A stretch of DNA of 64,000 nt from a bacterium (lineage in GTDB: Bacteria; Sysuimicrobiota; Sysuimicrobiia; Sysuimicrobiales; Segetimicrobiaceae). The notes under the pieces were generated by a model. That model saw nothing but the letters and a program-made list of their open reading frames with translations, was not told the origin of the DNA and did not search any database. The translations under genes were made by a program, and so were the position numbers. Below are positions 27,204-36,715 of this stretch, in pieces (within the stretch, counting starts at the first letter, position 1; the number at the start of each line of letters is the position of its first letter). The stretch spans positions 1,345 to 65,344 of the forward strand of contig DATGHU010000031.1 in the NCBI GenBank assembly GCA_035307765.1, given 5' to 3'.

Positions 27204-28982
27204 CTAGCCGTATCCCGCGATCTCCGCGCCCGCGGCGTTCAACGCCGCCACGACGCGGTTCATCCCGCGCAGCAGCGTGGTCTGGATCACCCGCGCCTCG
27301 TGGGAACCGGTCGCGTACTGCGCGAGGTCGACCGCGGGGGCGAGATCGGGGAGCGGAGGGATCGGAACCGCAGGGTCGTGCCGGAACCGGGCGTCGCGGG
27401 TGAAGTTGAGCGGGATCAGGATGCGCGCCAGCCGGCGGATCACGGCGCAGGCGCGCTGGGCCCGCTCGTCTCGCACCGGGCGGTGGTGCAGCTCCTCGGT
27501 GCGCCGGTAAAACCCGTCGAGCTCACCCCAGAGGCGCTCCAGCGCGGCCCGTGCCGGGGCCAAATCGAACGCTCCCCCGGCCCGGCGCTGGTAATCTTCC
27601 AGCGTGCGGCCGAACTCCTCCGCCACCAGCCGGAAATCGAACGGATGCACCGGCGCGTTGAGGACGCGGAGGAGGGAGGTGACGTAGACGCGCAGGTCCT
27701 TCATCAAAATCTCCGTATCGAGGAGATCCAACGTGTCGTCTTCGGTGTGCCACTGGATGTTGGCGCCGCATCCACCGACCGCGTAGTATCCCTTCTCCTT
27801 GCGCAGCGCTTCGGGCATCGTCGAGAGCAGCATGTAGAAGCTCGTGATGCCGATGTTGTTGAACGAATAATCCCCCGCCTGGTGCGGTCGTTCCCCCTCC
27901 GCCGCTTGGCCCACCGCGTCGTGGATCGCCGCCCTGCACAGCGGGGCGGCCTCGTTCATCCAGGAGATCCCCGTGTACTCGGTCGCCCACCGGCAGCCCG
28001 GGGAGTCGATGTTGATCTGGGCCAGGCAGCGCTCGTCGAGTTCGTGCGCGAAGGTGTCCGCGTACCAGGTCGACCCCGCATACCGCCCGGTGGAGTGCCC
28101 GGGCCACCACGCCACGCGGACGGTGCGCCGGAGGTGCTGGCGGTGCTTCCAGAACACCCGCGCCAGCTCCATCAGCGTGGCGTCGCCGGTGGCGTTGTCG
28201 CCGATCCCGACGTGCCAGGAATCGATGTGTCCGTGCACCAGCGCGAAGTGCTTGGGATCCTCGGTCCCCGGGATCTCGGCGACCAGCACGGGGCACCGCT
28301 TCCACCCTTCGTCCAGCTTGGTCTTGACCGCGACCTCGACCGGGCCCGCCTCCACCTGCGCCTTGAGCGCCAGCCCGTCGGCATGGTTGATCGCCACCAC
28401 CGGGATCGCGGGTTTTCGCCCGATCGAATCGAGGTCGGGTGCGCCCCAGATGGTCGTGCAGATGCCCTCGTGGATCGCCTGCCCGGGGTTGATGAAGACG
28501 AGCGCCTTGGCCCCCAGCGCCGCCAGGTCGGCAACTTTCTTGGGCATGGGCATCCCTTCCGTGAGGACGATCTTCCCTTCGATCTCCTTCCGGCCGGCCC
28601 GGACGTTTGAGTCAAACAGGCTCTCGGTGTCCGCCGCATAGCCGGTGGAGACGTACACGACCCGCCCACGGACCGATTTGCGCCCGGTGGACGCGGAGAA
28701 GGCGGGCGTCTTGGCGCGCAGGCTCCGCGGCGCCGGGGTGCGGACCTCGAGCGTCGCCGACTTGGGAACGCTCAGGAACAGCTCGGGCTCGTGGAGGGTA
28801 TGCGGGACCCCCCAGGCCTTCAGGCGCCCGGCGATGTACCGCGCGGCCGTCCATTCATCGCGGCTCCCCGACTCGCGGACCAGGGTGCTGAAGCGGTCGA
28901 TCAGCGCCCGCGGGCCGTCGAGCGAGAGCGACTGCATCACCTGCTGCTCGACTTCGGAATCTCCTGCCACCGCCATTGTCAT
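27204..28982 (-). CDS. M28 family Zn-peptidase with PA domain (aminopeptidase / glutamate carboxypeptidase-like)
   Basis: 592 aa. M28 metal ligands (HGHIDSWHVGIGDNATG, ..EE..). PA-domain insert. No signal peptide evident. Confidence 0.75.
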   Translation of the reverse strand: MTMAVAGDSEVEQQVMQSLSLDGPRALIDRFSTLVRESGSRDEWTAARYIAGRLKAWGVPHTLHEPELFLSVPKSATLEVRTPAPRSLRAKTPAFSASTGRKSVRGRVVYVSTGYAADTESLFDSNVRAGRKEIEGKIVLTEGMPMPKKVADLAALGAKALVFINPGQAIHEGICTTIWGAPDLDSIGRKPAIPVVAINHADGLALKAQVEAGPVEVAVKTKLDEGWKRCPVLVAEIPGTEDPKHFALVHGHIDSWHVGIGDNATGDATLMELARVFWKHRQHLRRTVRVAWWPGHSTGRYAGSTWYADTFAHELDERCLAQINIDSPGCRWATEYTGISWMNEAAPLCRAAIHDAVGQAAEGERPHQAGDYSFNNIGITSFYMLLSTMPEALRKEKGYYAVGGCGANIQWHTEDDTLDLLDTEILMKDLRVYVTSLLRVLNAPVHPFDFRLVAEEFGRTLEDYQRRAGGAFDLAPARAALERLWGELDGFYRRTEELHHRPVRDERAQRACAVIRRLARILIPLNFTRDARFRHDPAVPIPPLPDLAPAVDLAQYATGSHEARVIQTTLLRGMNRVVAALNAAGAEIAGYG

Positions 28983-29013
28983 CGTCCGTCCTCCTTCGTC
29001 GCTCCGGTGTCGT

Positions 29014-30051
29014 TCAGTGCGCCGGTCCGTAGAGGTGGCACGCCGCCCGCTGCTTCGGCCCCACGACGGTCAGCGGCGGGGTCGTCGTCCGGCAGATCGG
29101 CATGACGTGAGGGCATCGGTCCGTGAACGGGCAGCCGACCGCCGGGCCGATGGGGGTCGGGACGTGTTCGGGGGCGGCGATGTCCGGGGTGGGGCGGGTG
29201 GGATCAGGCACCGGCGCGGCGGCGAGCAGGAGTTGTGTGTACGGATGCTTGGGCCGGGTGAGGACCGCGTCGGTGGGGCCAACCTCCGCCACGCTGCCCA
29301 GATACATGATCATGGTGGTGTCGCAGACGTACCGGACGAGGGAGAGGTCGTGAGAGATGTACACCGTCGTCAGGCGGCGCGCGCGGCTGATCGTCCGCAT
29401 CAGGTTGAGCACGCCCGCACGCACCGAGACATCGAGCATCGAGACGGGCTCGTCCGCCACCAAGAAGATCGGGTCGACCATCAGCGCCCGGGCCAGGCCG
29501 ACCCGTTGCAGCTGCCCCCCGGAGAGCTGGTGGGGGAACTTGTCCAGGAATGCCTCCGGCGGGTGCAGGTGCACTTGGCCGAGGGCGGCGACGACGCGGT
29601 CGAGTCGGTCCGCTCGTGTGCCGATGCCGTGGATGATCAAGGGTTCCATCAGCGCCCGCCCGATCGTGAAGCGTGGGTTGACCGCCTCGTAGGGATTCTG
29701 CAGCATCAGCTGTGCCTGACGCCGGAAGGCGAGGAGCGCGGGGCCGGCGAGCGTGCTGAGATCCACGTCATCGAACAGGATCCGCCCGGCCGTCGGGGTG
29801 AGCAGCCGCAACAGGAGCCGGGCCAGGGTGGTTTTGCCGCACCCGCTCTCGCCGGCGATCCCGAGCGACGATCCCCGGGGGATCGCCACCGACACGCCGT
29901 CCACGCCGCGAAGGTACTCGCCGGGCGCCCGCCGGCCGAAGAGCCCTCGGCGGAGCGGGAAGTATTTCTGGACCGCCTCGGTGACCACGAGCGGCCCGGC
30001 GGCGCCCGCGGGTGCCGCTCCGGGCGCCTCTAGAGTGCTGGGACGCGCCAT
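29014..30051 (-). CDS. peptide ABC transporter ATP-binding protein (DppF/OppF-like)
   Basis: Start at MARPSTLE. Walker A GESGCGKTT, signature LSGGQLQRV. C-terminal oligopeptide-transporter domain with Cys cluster. Confidence 0.8.
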   Translation of the reverse strand: MARPSTLEAPGAAPAGAAGPLVVTEAVQKYFPLRRGLFGRRAPGEYLRGVDGVSVAIPRGSSLGIAGESGCGKTTLARLLLRLLTPTAGRILFDDVDLSTLAGPALLAFRRQAQLMLQNPYEAVNPRFTIGRALMEPLIIHGIGTRADRLDRVVAALGQVHLHPPEAFLDKFPHQLSGGQLQRVGLARALMVDPIFLVADEPVSMLDVSVRAGVLNLMRTISRARRLTTVYISHDLSLVRYVCDTTMIMYLGSVAEVGPTDAVLTRPKHPYTQLLLAAAPVPDPTRPTPDIAAPEHVPTPIGPAVGCPFTDRCPHVMPICRTTTPPLTVVGPKQRAACHLYGPAH

Positions 30052-31043
30052 CGCTGGGCCTCCTGAGCCTGTCCTCGCAGCGTCTCCGCCTCTTCGGCGC
30101 GGTGGCAGGCCGCCCAGCGGCCGGGTTCGAGCTCCCGCAGCGGCGGGGACTCCACCAGACACGGTTCGACGGCGAACGGACACCGTGGGGCGAAGCGGCA
30201 TCCCGGGGGCGGGTTCAGGAGGTCGGGGGGGACTCCCTCGACGGGGATCAGGGTCTCTTGGGGGTGCACCAGGTTGGGGAACGAGTTCTGCAGCCCCATC
30301 ATGTACGGGTGGCGCGCCCGCGCGAACACGTCGCGCGTGGGGCCGACCTCGACGATCTTCCCCGCGTACATCACGGCCATCCGGTCGCAGGTCTGGGCGA
30401 TGACCGAGATGTCGTGGGTGATGAGGAGCACGCTCAGCGAGAGCGTTTCCTTGAGATCGCGGAGTCGACGCAGGATGTGGTGCTGGACGACCACGTCGAG
30501 CGCCGTGACGGGCTCATCCGCCACCAGCAGGCGGGGTTTGAGCGCCAGGGCCAGCGCGATCGCGGCGCGTTGCTTCATGCCCCCGGAGAGCTCGTGCGGG
30601 TAGCCGGCCAGCCGGTGCCGGTCCAGCCCCACCAGATCGCACAGGTCTCCGGCCCGGGCGCGTGCCGCCGCGCGGGTCAGGCCGCCCGTGATCGTGAGCA
30701 CCTCGGCAAACTGATCGCCGAGCCGGTACACCGGGTCGAGCGAGTCCATCGCCGCCTGCGGGACCATGGCGATCTCGCGCCAGCGGTAGGGGCGCATCTC
30801 GACCTCGGAGAGCGCGGCGAGATCGACCCCGCCGAAGACCATCCGGCCGCCGGCGATCCGCCCGTTCCGCGGCAGGACCCGGATGATCGCGCGGCCGAGC
30901 GTGGTCTTCCCGCAGCCGCTCTCCCCGACCAGGCCGAGCACCTCGCCCTCCTGGATCTCCAGCGTGACTCCGTCCACCGCGGCGCTCACGCCTCGCGCGG
31001 TGCGGTATTCAACCCGGAGGTCCTCGAGCGTGAGGAGCCCCAC
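30030..31043 (-). CDS. peptide ABC transporter ATP-binding protein (DppD/OppD-like)
   Basis: GTG start overlapping stop of upstream permease (TAGTG). Walker A GESGCGKTT, LSGGMKQR. C-terminal CxxC oligopeptide domain. Confidence 0.8.
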   Translation of the reverse strand: MGLLTLEDLRVEYRTARGVSAAVDGVTLEIQEGEVLGLVGESGCGKTTLGRAIIRVLPRNGRIAGGRMVFGGVDLAALSEVEMRPYRWREIAMVPQAAMDSLDPVYRLGDQFAEVLTITGGLTRAAARARAGDLCDLVGLDRHRLAGYPHELSGGMKQRAAIALALALKPRLLVADEPVTALDVVVQHHILRRLRDLKETLSLSVLLITHDISVIAQTCDRMAVMYAGKIVEVGPTRDVFARARHPYMMGLQNSFPNLVHPQETLIPVEGVPPDLLNPPPGCRFAPRCPFAVEPCLVESPPLRELEPGRWAACHRAEEAETLRGQAQEAQRWRVPAL

Positions 31044-31963
31044 TACTGGCGCCTCAAGCGGGGGAAGAGCAGTTCCTCGTATCCGCGGCTGATGAAGTAG
31101 CCCGCCATCACCACGAGCATGATGCAGATGCCGGGCGGGACGAACCAGTTGTACTGGCCGCTGCTCAGCGCTTGGGAGATGTAGGCGTCTTGCAGCATGT
31201 ATCCCCACGAGATGCGCATGGGATCCCCGAACCCCAGGAAGCTCACCGCCGCCTCGGTGAGGATTGCCCACCCCACGGCGAGCGAGCCGTAGAGCAGGGC
31301 GATCGGCAGGACGTTCGGCGCAATGTGGACCAGCATCAGCCGGCGCGGGGAGCTCCCCAGCACCCGCGCCGCCTCGACGAACCCGCGCTCGCGGAGGGTC
31401 AGGACCTGGGCGCGCACCACGCGCGCGGTGTCCTTCCAGAGCAGCAGCGCCATCGTCAACACGATGTTCCACAGGCTCGGCCCCAGGAACGCCACGAGGA
31501 CGATCACCAGCGGGAGGAACGGGATGCCGAAGGCGACATCCGCCAGCCGCATCAGGACCGCGTCGACCCATCCCCCGTAGAAGCCCGCCACGATGCCCAC
31601 GACCGTGCCGATCAGCGCGACGAAGAACGCCGCGACGAAGCCGACGGTGAGGGCCGGCCGCGCCCCGTAGACGAGCTGGGTGAAGATGTCGCGGCCGACA
31701 TTGGTGGTGCCGAGGAGAAACGTCCCGCCGGGGGGTTGGTTCGACATCAGCTGGTCGCCCTGCATGATGGTCTGCTGGGGGTCGAACGATGAGAGCAGCG
31801 GCGCCGCCATCGCAACCGCGATGAACAAGGCGTACAGGCAGACGCCGGCGAGGGCGAACCGGTCGTGCTGCAGCACCCCCCACGTGTTCCCCATCGCGCG
31901 CCGCCAGCCGGCGAGCCGGGGGACGAGGGGCCGGGGGAGCGCCTGAGCGCTACCGCTTCGCAT
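31043..31963 (-). CDS. peptide ABC transporter permease (DppC/OppC-like)
   Basis: BPD-transporter core with EAA loop. N-terminal DppC-type extension. Confidence 0.8.
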   Translation of the reverse strand: MRSGSAQALPRPLVPRLAGWRRAMGNTWGVLQHDRFALAGVCLYALFIAVAMAAPLLSSFDPQQTIMQGDQLMSNQPPGGTFLLGTTNVGRDIFTQLVYGARPALTVGFVAAFFVALIGTVVGIVAGFYGGWVDAVLMRLADVAFGIPFLPLVIVLVAFLGPSLWNIVLTMALLLWKDTARVVRAQVLTLRERGFVEAARVLGSSPRRLMLVHIAPNVLPIALLYGSLAVGWAILTEAAVSFLGFGDPMRISWGYMLQDAYISQALSSGQYNWFVPPGICIMLVVMAGYFISRGYEELLFPRLRRQ

Positions 31964-32969
31964 AGGAGACCCGAGGGTCGAGCCACGTGTAGACGAGATC
32001 GGCCGCCAGGTTCATCAAAATTGCCACCGCGGCGATGAGGAGAAACGCGCCCTGCGCCAGGGGGTAATCCTTGGCCGCGACCGCCTTGACGAGGAGCCGT
32101 CCCAGCCCCGGCCAGCTGAACACGTTCTCCACCACGACATCCCCCCCCAAGCTGTAGCCGACGACCAGCGCGAACGCGGTCACGACCGGCAACAGCGCGT
32201 TGCGCGCCGCGTGGCGCAGGAGGATCCGTCGCTCCGGCAGCCCCTTCATCCGGGCCATGACGACGAATTCCTCCTCCATCACATCCAGCATGTTGCTGCG
32301 CATCAGGAGGAGGGGAAGCCCCTGGAGGTATACCACGAGGGTCACCAGGGGGAGCGTGAGGTGGCGCAGGAAGGCGGGGCTGGTGAGCTGCTGCCACAGC
32401 GAGGTGTAGGCCGCCCCCGCGTCCGCGGTGCCGGACGACGGGAACCAGGAAAAGGTAAACGAGAAGACCGCCAGCAGGATCATGCCCACCCAGAACTCCG
32501 GCGCCGCCCGCAGGGCGAGGGCCACGGGGATGCCCACCGATTCCACAGCGGTCGCCCGCTTCCAGGCGAGGAAGGCTCCCGAGATCGTGCCGAGCACGAA
32601 CGCGATGATGACCGCCCCAAGCGTGAGGATCAGCGTGTTCGGCAGCATCTGCCAGACGAGTTGGGAGACCGAGGTCCGGTAGAAGAACGACACGCCCAGA
32701 TCCCCCGTGGCGGAGGCCTTCAGGAAGATCAGGTATTGCTGCCACAGCGGCAGGTCCAGGCCGAACTCGTGGATGAGCGCCCGCTGCTGCTCCATCGTGA
32801 AAGTCGGATCGATGTAGGCGACCAGCGGGTTCCCCGGCATCAGGCGAAAGATCAAGAAGAGGATCGTCGCGATCACCCAGAGCACGAGCAGCATCTGGGC
32901 CAGGCGTTGGGCGATCCAGCGGGTCGAGGAGCGCTTCATGCGCGTAGTCCCCACGCCCGGCGGCACCAC
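31950..32969 (-). CDS. peptide ABC transporter permease (DppB/OppB-like)
   Basis: RWIAQRLAQMLLVLWVIATILFLIFRLMPGNP is a canonical DppB N-terminus. Start GTG 32969 or Met11. Confidence 0.8.
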   Translation of the reverse strand: MVPPGVGTTRMKRSSTRWIAQRLAQMLLVLWVIATILFLIFRLMPGNPLVAYIDPTFTMEQQRALIHEFGLDLPLWQQYLIFLKASATGDLGVSFFYRTSVSQLVWQMLPNTLILTLGAVIIAFVLGTISGAFLAWKRATAVESVGIPVALALRAAPEFWVGMILLAVFSFTFSWFPSSGTADAGAAYTSLWQQLTSPAFLRHLTLPLVTLVVYLQGLPLLLMRSNMLDVMEEEFVVMARMKGLPERRILLRHAARNALLPVVTAFALVVGYSLGGDVVVENVFSWPGLGRLLVKAVAAKDYPLAQGAFLLIAAVAILMNLAADLVYTWLDPRVSYAKR

Positions 32970-33006
32970 GGCCGCCGGGCGTGGGAGTGGCTACCGGGTG
33001 ACGTTG

Positions 33007-34689
33007 TTACCGGGCGACGTCCAGCGTCTCGGACTTGTTCGCCGGGTAGAGTAGGTGTCCCTGAGCGTCCCATTCGTACCCGGCCTTCTTCAGCAGGTCC
33101 CTGGCGGCCTGGATGTTGTGCGGGTACTGGGGTAGACCGGGTGCGTGCCAGTACTCCAGGGCCTTGCTGACCGGGGAGTCGGCCAACTCGCCGTAGCCCT
33201 TGAAGGCCACCAGGCGGATCATCGTCCGATCGATGGCCATGGTGAGGGCTTGGCGGAAGGTCACGTCATTGAACGGCGGGCGCCGCTCGTTGTAACCGAT
33301 GAACTGGAAGCCGATGTCCGTCGACGCCACCACGGTGATCTTGGGGTCCTGGCGGCTCAACCGGCTGAGGACCATCGGATCTCCCAGGTAGTCGGAGAGG
33401 AAGTTGATCTCGCCGTTTCGGAGGCCGCCCAGCGAGGCCTCCACGTTCGAGACGGTGCGGAGGATCCACCGGTGCATCTTCGGCGCCGCCCAATGGTCGG
33501 GGTTGGCCTCCAGCACCACTTCCTGATTCTTCGTCCAGGACACGAACTTGAACGGGCCCGAGCCGATCGGTGTCTTCTCCTGGAGGAACTCGGCGTTGTC
33601 TTTCTTCCCCTCCAGGCTCTGCAGCATCGGGGCCCAGACGTGCTGCGGGATCAGGTTCACCTTCCCGAGGGTGGAGGTGACGAAGGACGCCGCGGGTTTC
33701 TCCAAGGTGAACCGGAGCGTCGTGGGGTTGACCTTCTTGATGTCGGCGATGTTGGCGACGAACGGCTTGTACATCGGGACCTTATCGCCCTTCGGCGCGA
33801 TGAAGGAGAAGATGACGTCATCGGCCGTCACCGGCGCCCCGTCGTGCCACTTCATCCCCGGCCGCAGCGTGACATCGATCGTGGTCGGGCTGACCCACTT
33901 GAAGGCGCTGGCGGCCCAAGGCCGGGGCAGTCCGTCCGGCCCGATCCGCACCAGGCGGTCCCAGATCAGCTCGGTGATCCACGAATCCACCTTGCCGCTG
34001 ATGTACAGTGGGTTGATGGCCTTGACTGGATCTTGGGCGTTGAGGACCATGTCCTTCTGGGTGCCCTTGGGCGTGGCCTGGTCGAACGTCCAGAAGTTCT
34101 TGATCCCGATCCCTTTCTGATCGACGATCGTTTTCGGATCCCACACCTGATTGTTGTAGGCGTAGAGGGACTTCGGGTTCACCAGGAGCGTGTACGGCTG
34201 TTCCTCGGCCAGCTTCTGCTGGGCCTTGTCGATGAGCGTGCGGCGCGCTTTGGTGTCGGTCGCCACGCGCTGCTCCTGCGCCAGCGAATCGTACTGGGGA
34301 TCGGTAAACCCGACGAAGTTGTACCCGTCCTTGGCGGTGCTTGACGAGAACAGGTTGAACAGGACCTCATCCGGATCGGAACGTTCCGGGCGGCCGACCA
34401 TCTGCCAGGTGGTCATGTCCCACTTCTCGCGGCTGTACCAGACGTAGTCGGACAGCTGCTCCCACGGCATGGGCCGCACCGTGACCTTGAGCCCGAGTTG
34501 GCGCATCCCCTCGGCGGCGATCCGGGCGGACTCGTACTGCTGGGGGTCCTGCGCCTGGGGCCAGGTGACCAGCACCAGTTCACGGATCTGACGGTTGGCC
34601 TGCGCGTTCGTGGGGGACACCGCCATGCCCCCGAGAAGCGCTCCGATGACAAAGAGCACGAGGCCTTGCATGAACCTGTGGTTACCCAT
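33007..34689 (-). CDS. ABC transporter substrate-binding protein, family 5 (oligopeptide/dipeptide-binding)
   Basis: Start at MGNHRFMQGLVLFVIGALLGGMAVSPTNAQA (signal peptide). 560 aa SBP_bac_5-like. The track ORF's 196-aa upstream extension is rejected. Confidence 0.8.
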   Translation of the reverse strand: MGNHRFMQGLVLFVIGALLGGMAVSPTNAQANRQIRELVLVTWPQAQDPQQYESARIAAEGMRQLGLKVTVRPMPWEQLSDYVWYSREKWDMTTWQMVGRPERSDPDEVLFNLFSSSTAKDGYNFVGFTDPQYDSLAQEQRVATDTKARRTLIDKAQQKLAEEQPYTLLVNPKSLYAYNNQVWDPKTIVDQKGIGIKNFWTFDQATPKGTQKDMVLNAQDPVKAINPLYISGKVDSWITELIWDRLVRIGPDGLPRPWAASAFKWVSPTTIDVTLRPGMKWHDGAPVTADDVIFSFIAPKGDKVPMYKPFVANIADIKKVNPTTLRFTLEKPAASFVTSTLGKVNLIPQHVWAPMLQSLEGKKDNAEFLQEKTPIGSGPFKFVSWTKNQEVVLEANPDHWAAPKMHRWILRTVSNVEASLGGLRNGEINFLSDYLGDPMVLSRLSRQDPKITVVASTDIGFQFIGYNERRPPFNDVTFRQALTMAIDRTMIRLVAFKGYGELADSPVSKALEYWHAPGLPQYPHNIQAARDLLKKAGYEWDAQGHLLYPANKSETLDVAR

Positions 34690-34888
34690 GACGCCCTCCT
34701 CTAAGTTGTCCGAGAACCGTGGGGTAGAACAACCGGGTACGACGGTACACGATTTACACATCGTCCCCGCTGGATCCTGCGCCGCTCCCGGGCGGGGGGG
34801 AGGGGTCCCCCGCGGCGGGGGCCGGCGGCCCTCCCCGGGGAGGGAGGAGCCTGGCGGCCGGCGGCATATTCTGAGGGTGGAACATTCC
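34690..34888. promoter_or_regulatory. divergent intergenic region with G-rich inverted repeats (GGGGAGGG ... CCCTCCCC; CCCCCGC/GCGGGGG)
   Basis: 199 bp between the divergent SBP gene and the permease gene. Nested GC palindromes and G-runs around 34780-34850. Confidence 0.3.
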
Positions 34889-35821
34889 ATGGTCAGCGGA
34901 TTCTTCGGGTTTGCGGCGCGCCGGGTGGTGTCGGCGATTCCCACGCTCTTTGGGGTGACCGTGATCGTGTTCTTCATGGTGCGCGCCCTCCCCGGCGATC
35001 CGGCGCGGCTGCTGGCCGGGGTGCTGGCGACCGACGACGAAGTTCGCCATCTCCGGATACAGTTGGGTTTGACCCGCCCGGTGGTCGTGCAGTACGAACT
35101 GTTCTTGGACCACGTGGTGCACGGCGACCTCGGCAAGTCCATTAGGACCCAGGCTCCGGTCGTCGACGAGATCGCGAGCCGGCTGCCGCAAACGGCGATC
35201 CTCGCCGCCACGGCGACGGTGGTGGCCGGCGTGCTGGGGGTGGCGTCCGGGATCCTCGTCAGCACGCGGAAGTACACATCGCTCGACTATCTGGTGACGG
35301 TCCTGGCGCTCGCGGGCGTGAGTATCCCGGTCTATTGGTTGGGATTGATGCTGATGCTCGTCTTTGCGGTGTTCCTGCACCTGGTGCCGGCGGGCGGAGC
35401 GAACGGGCCGCTGAGCCTCATCCTGCCGTCGATCACCCTCGCCGCGTTCAGCATCGCGATCATCGAGCGGATGACGCGGAGCAGCATGCTCGAAACCCTC
35501 CAGCAGGACTTTGTGCGCACGGCCCGGGCGAAGGGGCTGCGGAACCGTGTCGTCGTCTACCGCCACGCCCTCCGCAACGCCTTGATCCCGGTGGTCACGG
35601 TGCTGGGACTCCAATTCGGCGCGCTGCTCGGCGGAGCGATTCTCACCGAGACCACGTTCGCCTGGCCCGGGATCGGCCGGCTGCTCGTGGACGCCATCGC
35701 CGCCCGAGATTACCCGATCATTCAGGGCGTGGTCCTGCTGTTTGCCGTCACGTTCATGGTGGTGAATCTCTTGGTGGACATCCTCTATGGCTACATCGAT
35801 CCCCGCATCAAGTACGGCTAG
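34889..35821 (+). CDS. peptide ABC transporter permease (DppB-like, second copy)
   Basis: Start at MVSGFFGFAARRVVSAIPTLFGVTVIVFFMVRALPGDP (the track's 98-aa upstream extension is rejected). BPD core. Confidence 0.8.
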   Translation: MVSGFFGFAARRVVSAIPTLFGVTVIVFFMVRALPGDPARLLAGVLATDDEVRHLRIQLGLTRPVVVQYELFLDHVVHGDLGKSIRTQAPVVDEIASRLPQTAILAATATVVAGVLGVASGILVSTRKYTSLDYLVTVLALAGVSIPVYWLGLMLMLVFAVFLHLVPAGGANGPLSLILPSITLAAFSIAIIERMTRSSMLETLQQDFVRTARAKGLRNRVVVYRHALRNALIPVVTVLGLQFGALLGGAILTETTFAWPGIGRLLVDAIAARDYPIIQGVVLLFAVTFMVVNLLVDILYGYIDPRIKYG

Positions 35822-36683
35822 GGCCGCGCGGGACCGGTCGTTCAGCCACCCGCTCGAGGTCATCGGGCGGCTGGGGCGAAATCGGATTGCCCTCGCCGGC
35901 CTCGTGATCCTCGTCGTCATGCTGGGGGCCTCCGCCCTTGCGGGTGTGATCCTTCCCTACGGCCCCGACACCGCGGACCTGACGGCGACGTTGCACCCCC
36001 CCACCTGGGCCCATCCCTTCGGCACCGACCAGCTGGGGCGGGACATCATGACCCGGGTCGTCTACGGGGGACGGATCTCGCTGGTGATCGGGGTTCTCGC
36101 CGTCGCGCTGAGCGCGGCGATCGGCGTGCCGCTGGGCATCCTCTCGGGGTTTTACGCCGGCGCGATCGACACCGTGATCCAGCGGATCGTCGATGTGATG
36201 CTGGCGTTTCCGGGGTTCCTGCTCGCCTTGACGTTGATCAGCGTGCTGGGGGTCGGGCTGATCAACGTGGTCATCAGCGTCGGCATCGCCTCGGTGCCGA
36301 TCTACGTCCGGCTGGTCCGCGGGGTGGCGCTGACCATCCGCGAGATGACGTACGTGGAGTCGGCGAGGGCGCTCGGCCAGCGCGACCGCCTGATCATGTT
36401 CCGCCACGTGCTCCCGAACGCCGCCCCTCCGATCGTGGTGCAGTCCTCGTTGCAGCTGGGGGCCGCGATCCTCACCGCCGCCGGGCTCGGCTTTCTCGGG
36501 CTGGGGGTCAAGCCGCCCACCCCAGAGTGGGGTACGATGCTGGGCGAGGCGCAGACCTATCTGCTCTCATCGTGGTTCATCGCCCCCTTCCCCGGGCTGG
36601 CGATCTTCCTCGCGGTGATGGCCTTCAATCTGCTCGGCGACGGGCTGCGCGACGCGCTCGATCCGCGGATGAAGGTGCTCTGA
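35787..36683 (+). CDS. peptide ABC transporter permease (DppC-like, second copy)
   Basis: DppC-type permease. ATG 35787 overlaps upstream gene by 35 nt, so the start is uncertain. Confidence 0.75.
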   Translation: MATSIPASSTARAARDRSFSHPLEVIGRLGRNRIALAGLVILVVMLGASALAGVILPYGPDTADLTATLHPPTWAHPFGTDQLGRDIMTRVVYGGRISLVIGVLAVALSAAIGVPLGILSGFYAGAIDTVIQRIVDVMLAFPGFLLALTLISVLGVGLINVVISVGIASVPIYVRLVRGVALTIREMTYVESARALGQRDRLIMFRHVLPNAAPPIVVQSSLQLGAAILTAAGLGFLGLGVKPPTPEWGTMLGEAQTYLLSSWFIAPFPGLAIFLAVMAFNLLGDGLRDALDPRMKVL

Positions 36684-36715
36684 TCTCCGCACGGTGGTCG
36701 TCGGGCGGAGACCGC

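Noticed and set aside
25758-28610. 950-aa plus-strand ORF
   Set aside because: It is antisense to the E1 alpha/beta and M28 peptidase genes, which have strong family signatures. The product is low-complexity and Arg/Gly/Pro-rich. A high-GC off-frame artefact.
25064-32969. Apparent ±1-nt disagreement between printed line labels and ORF-track coordinates (for example at 26081/26082 and 32968/32969)
   Set aside because: Probably a counting or formatting artefact and not biological. Track-derived coordinates were used, and the difference is immaterial for feature calls.
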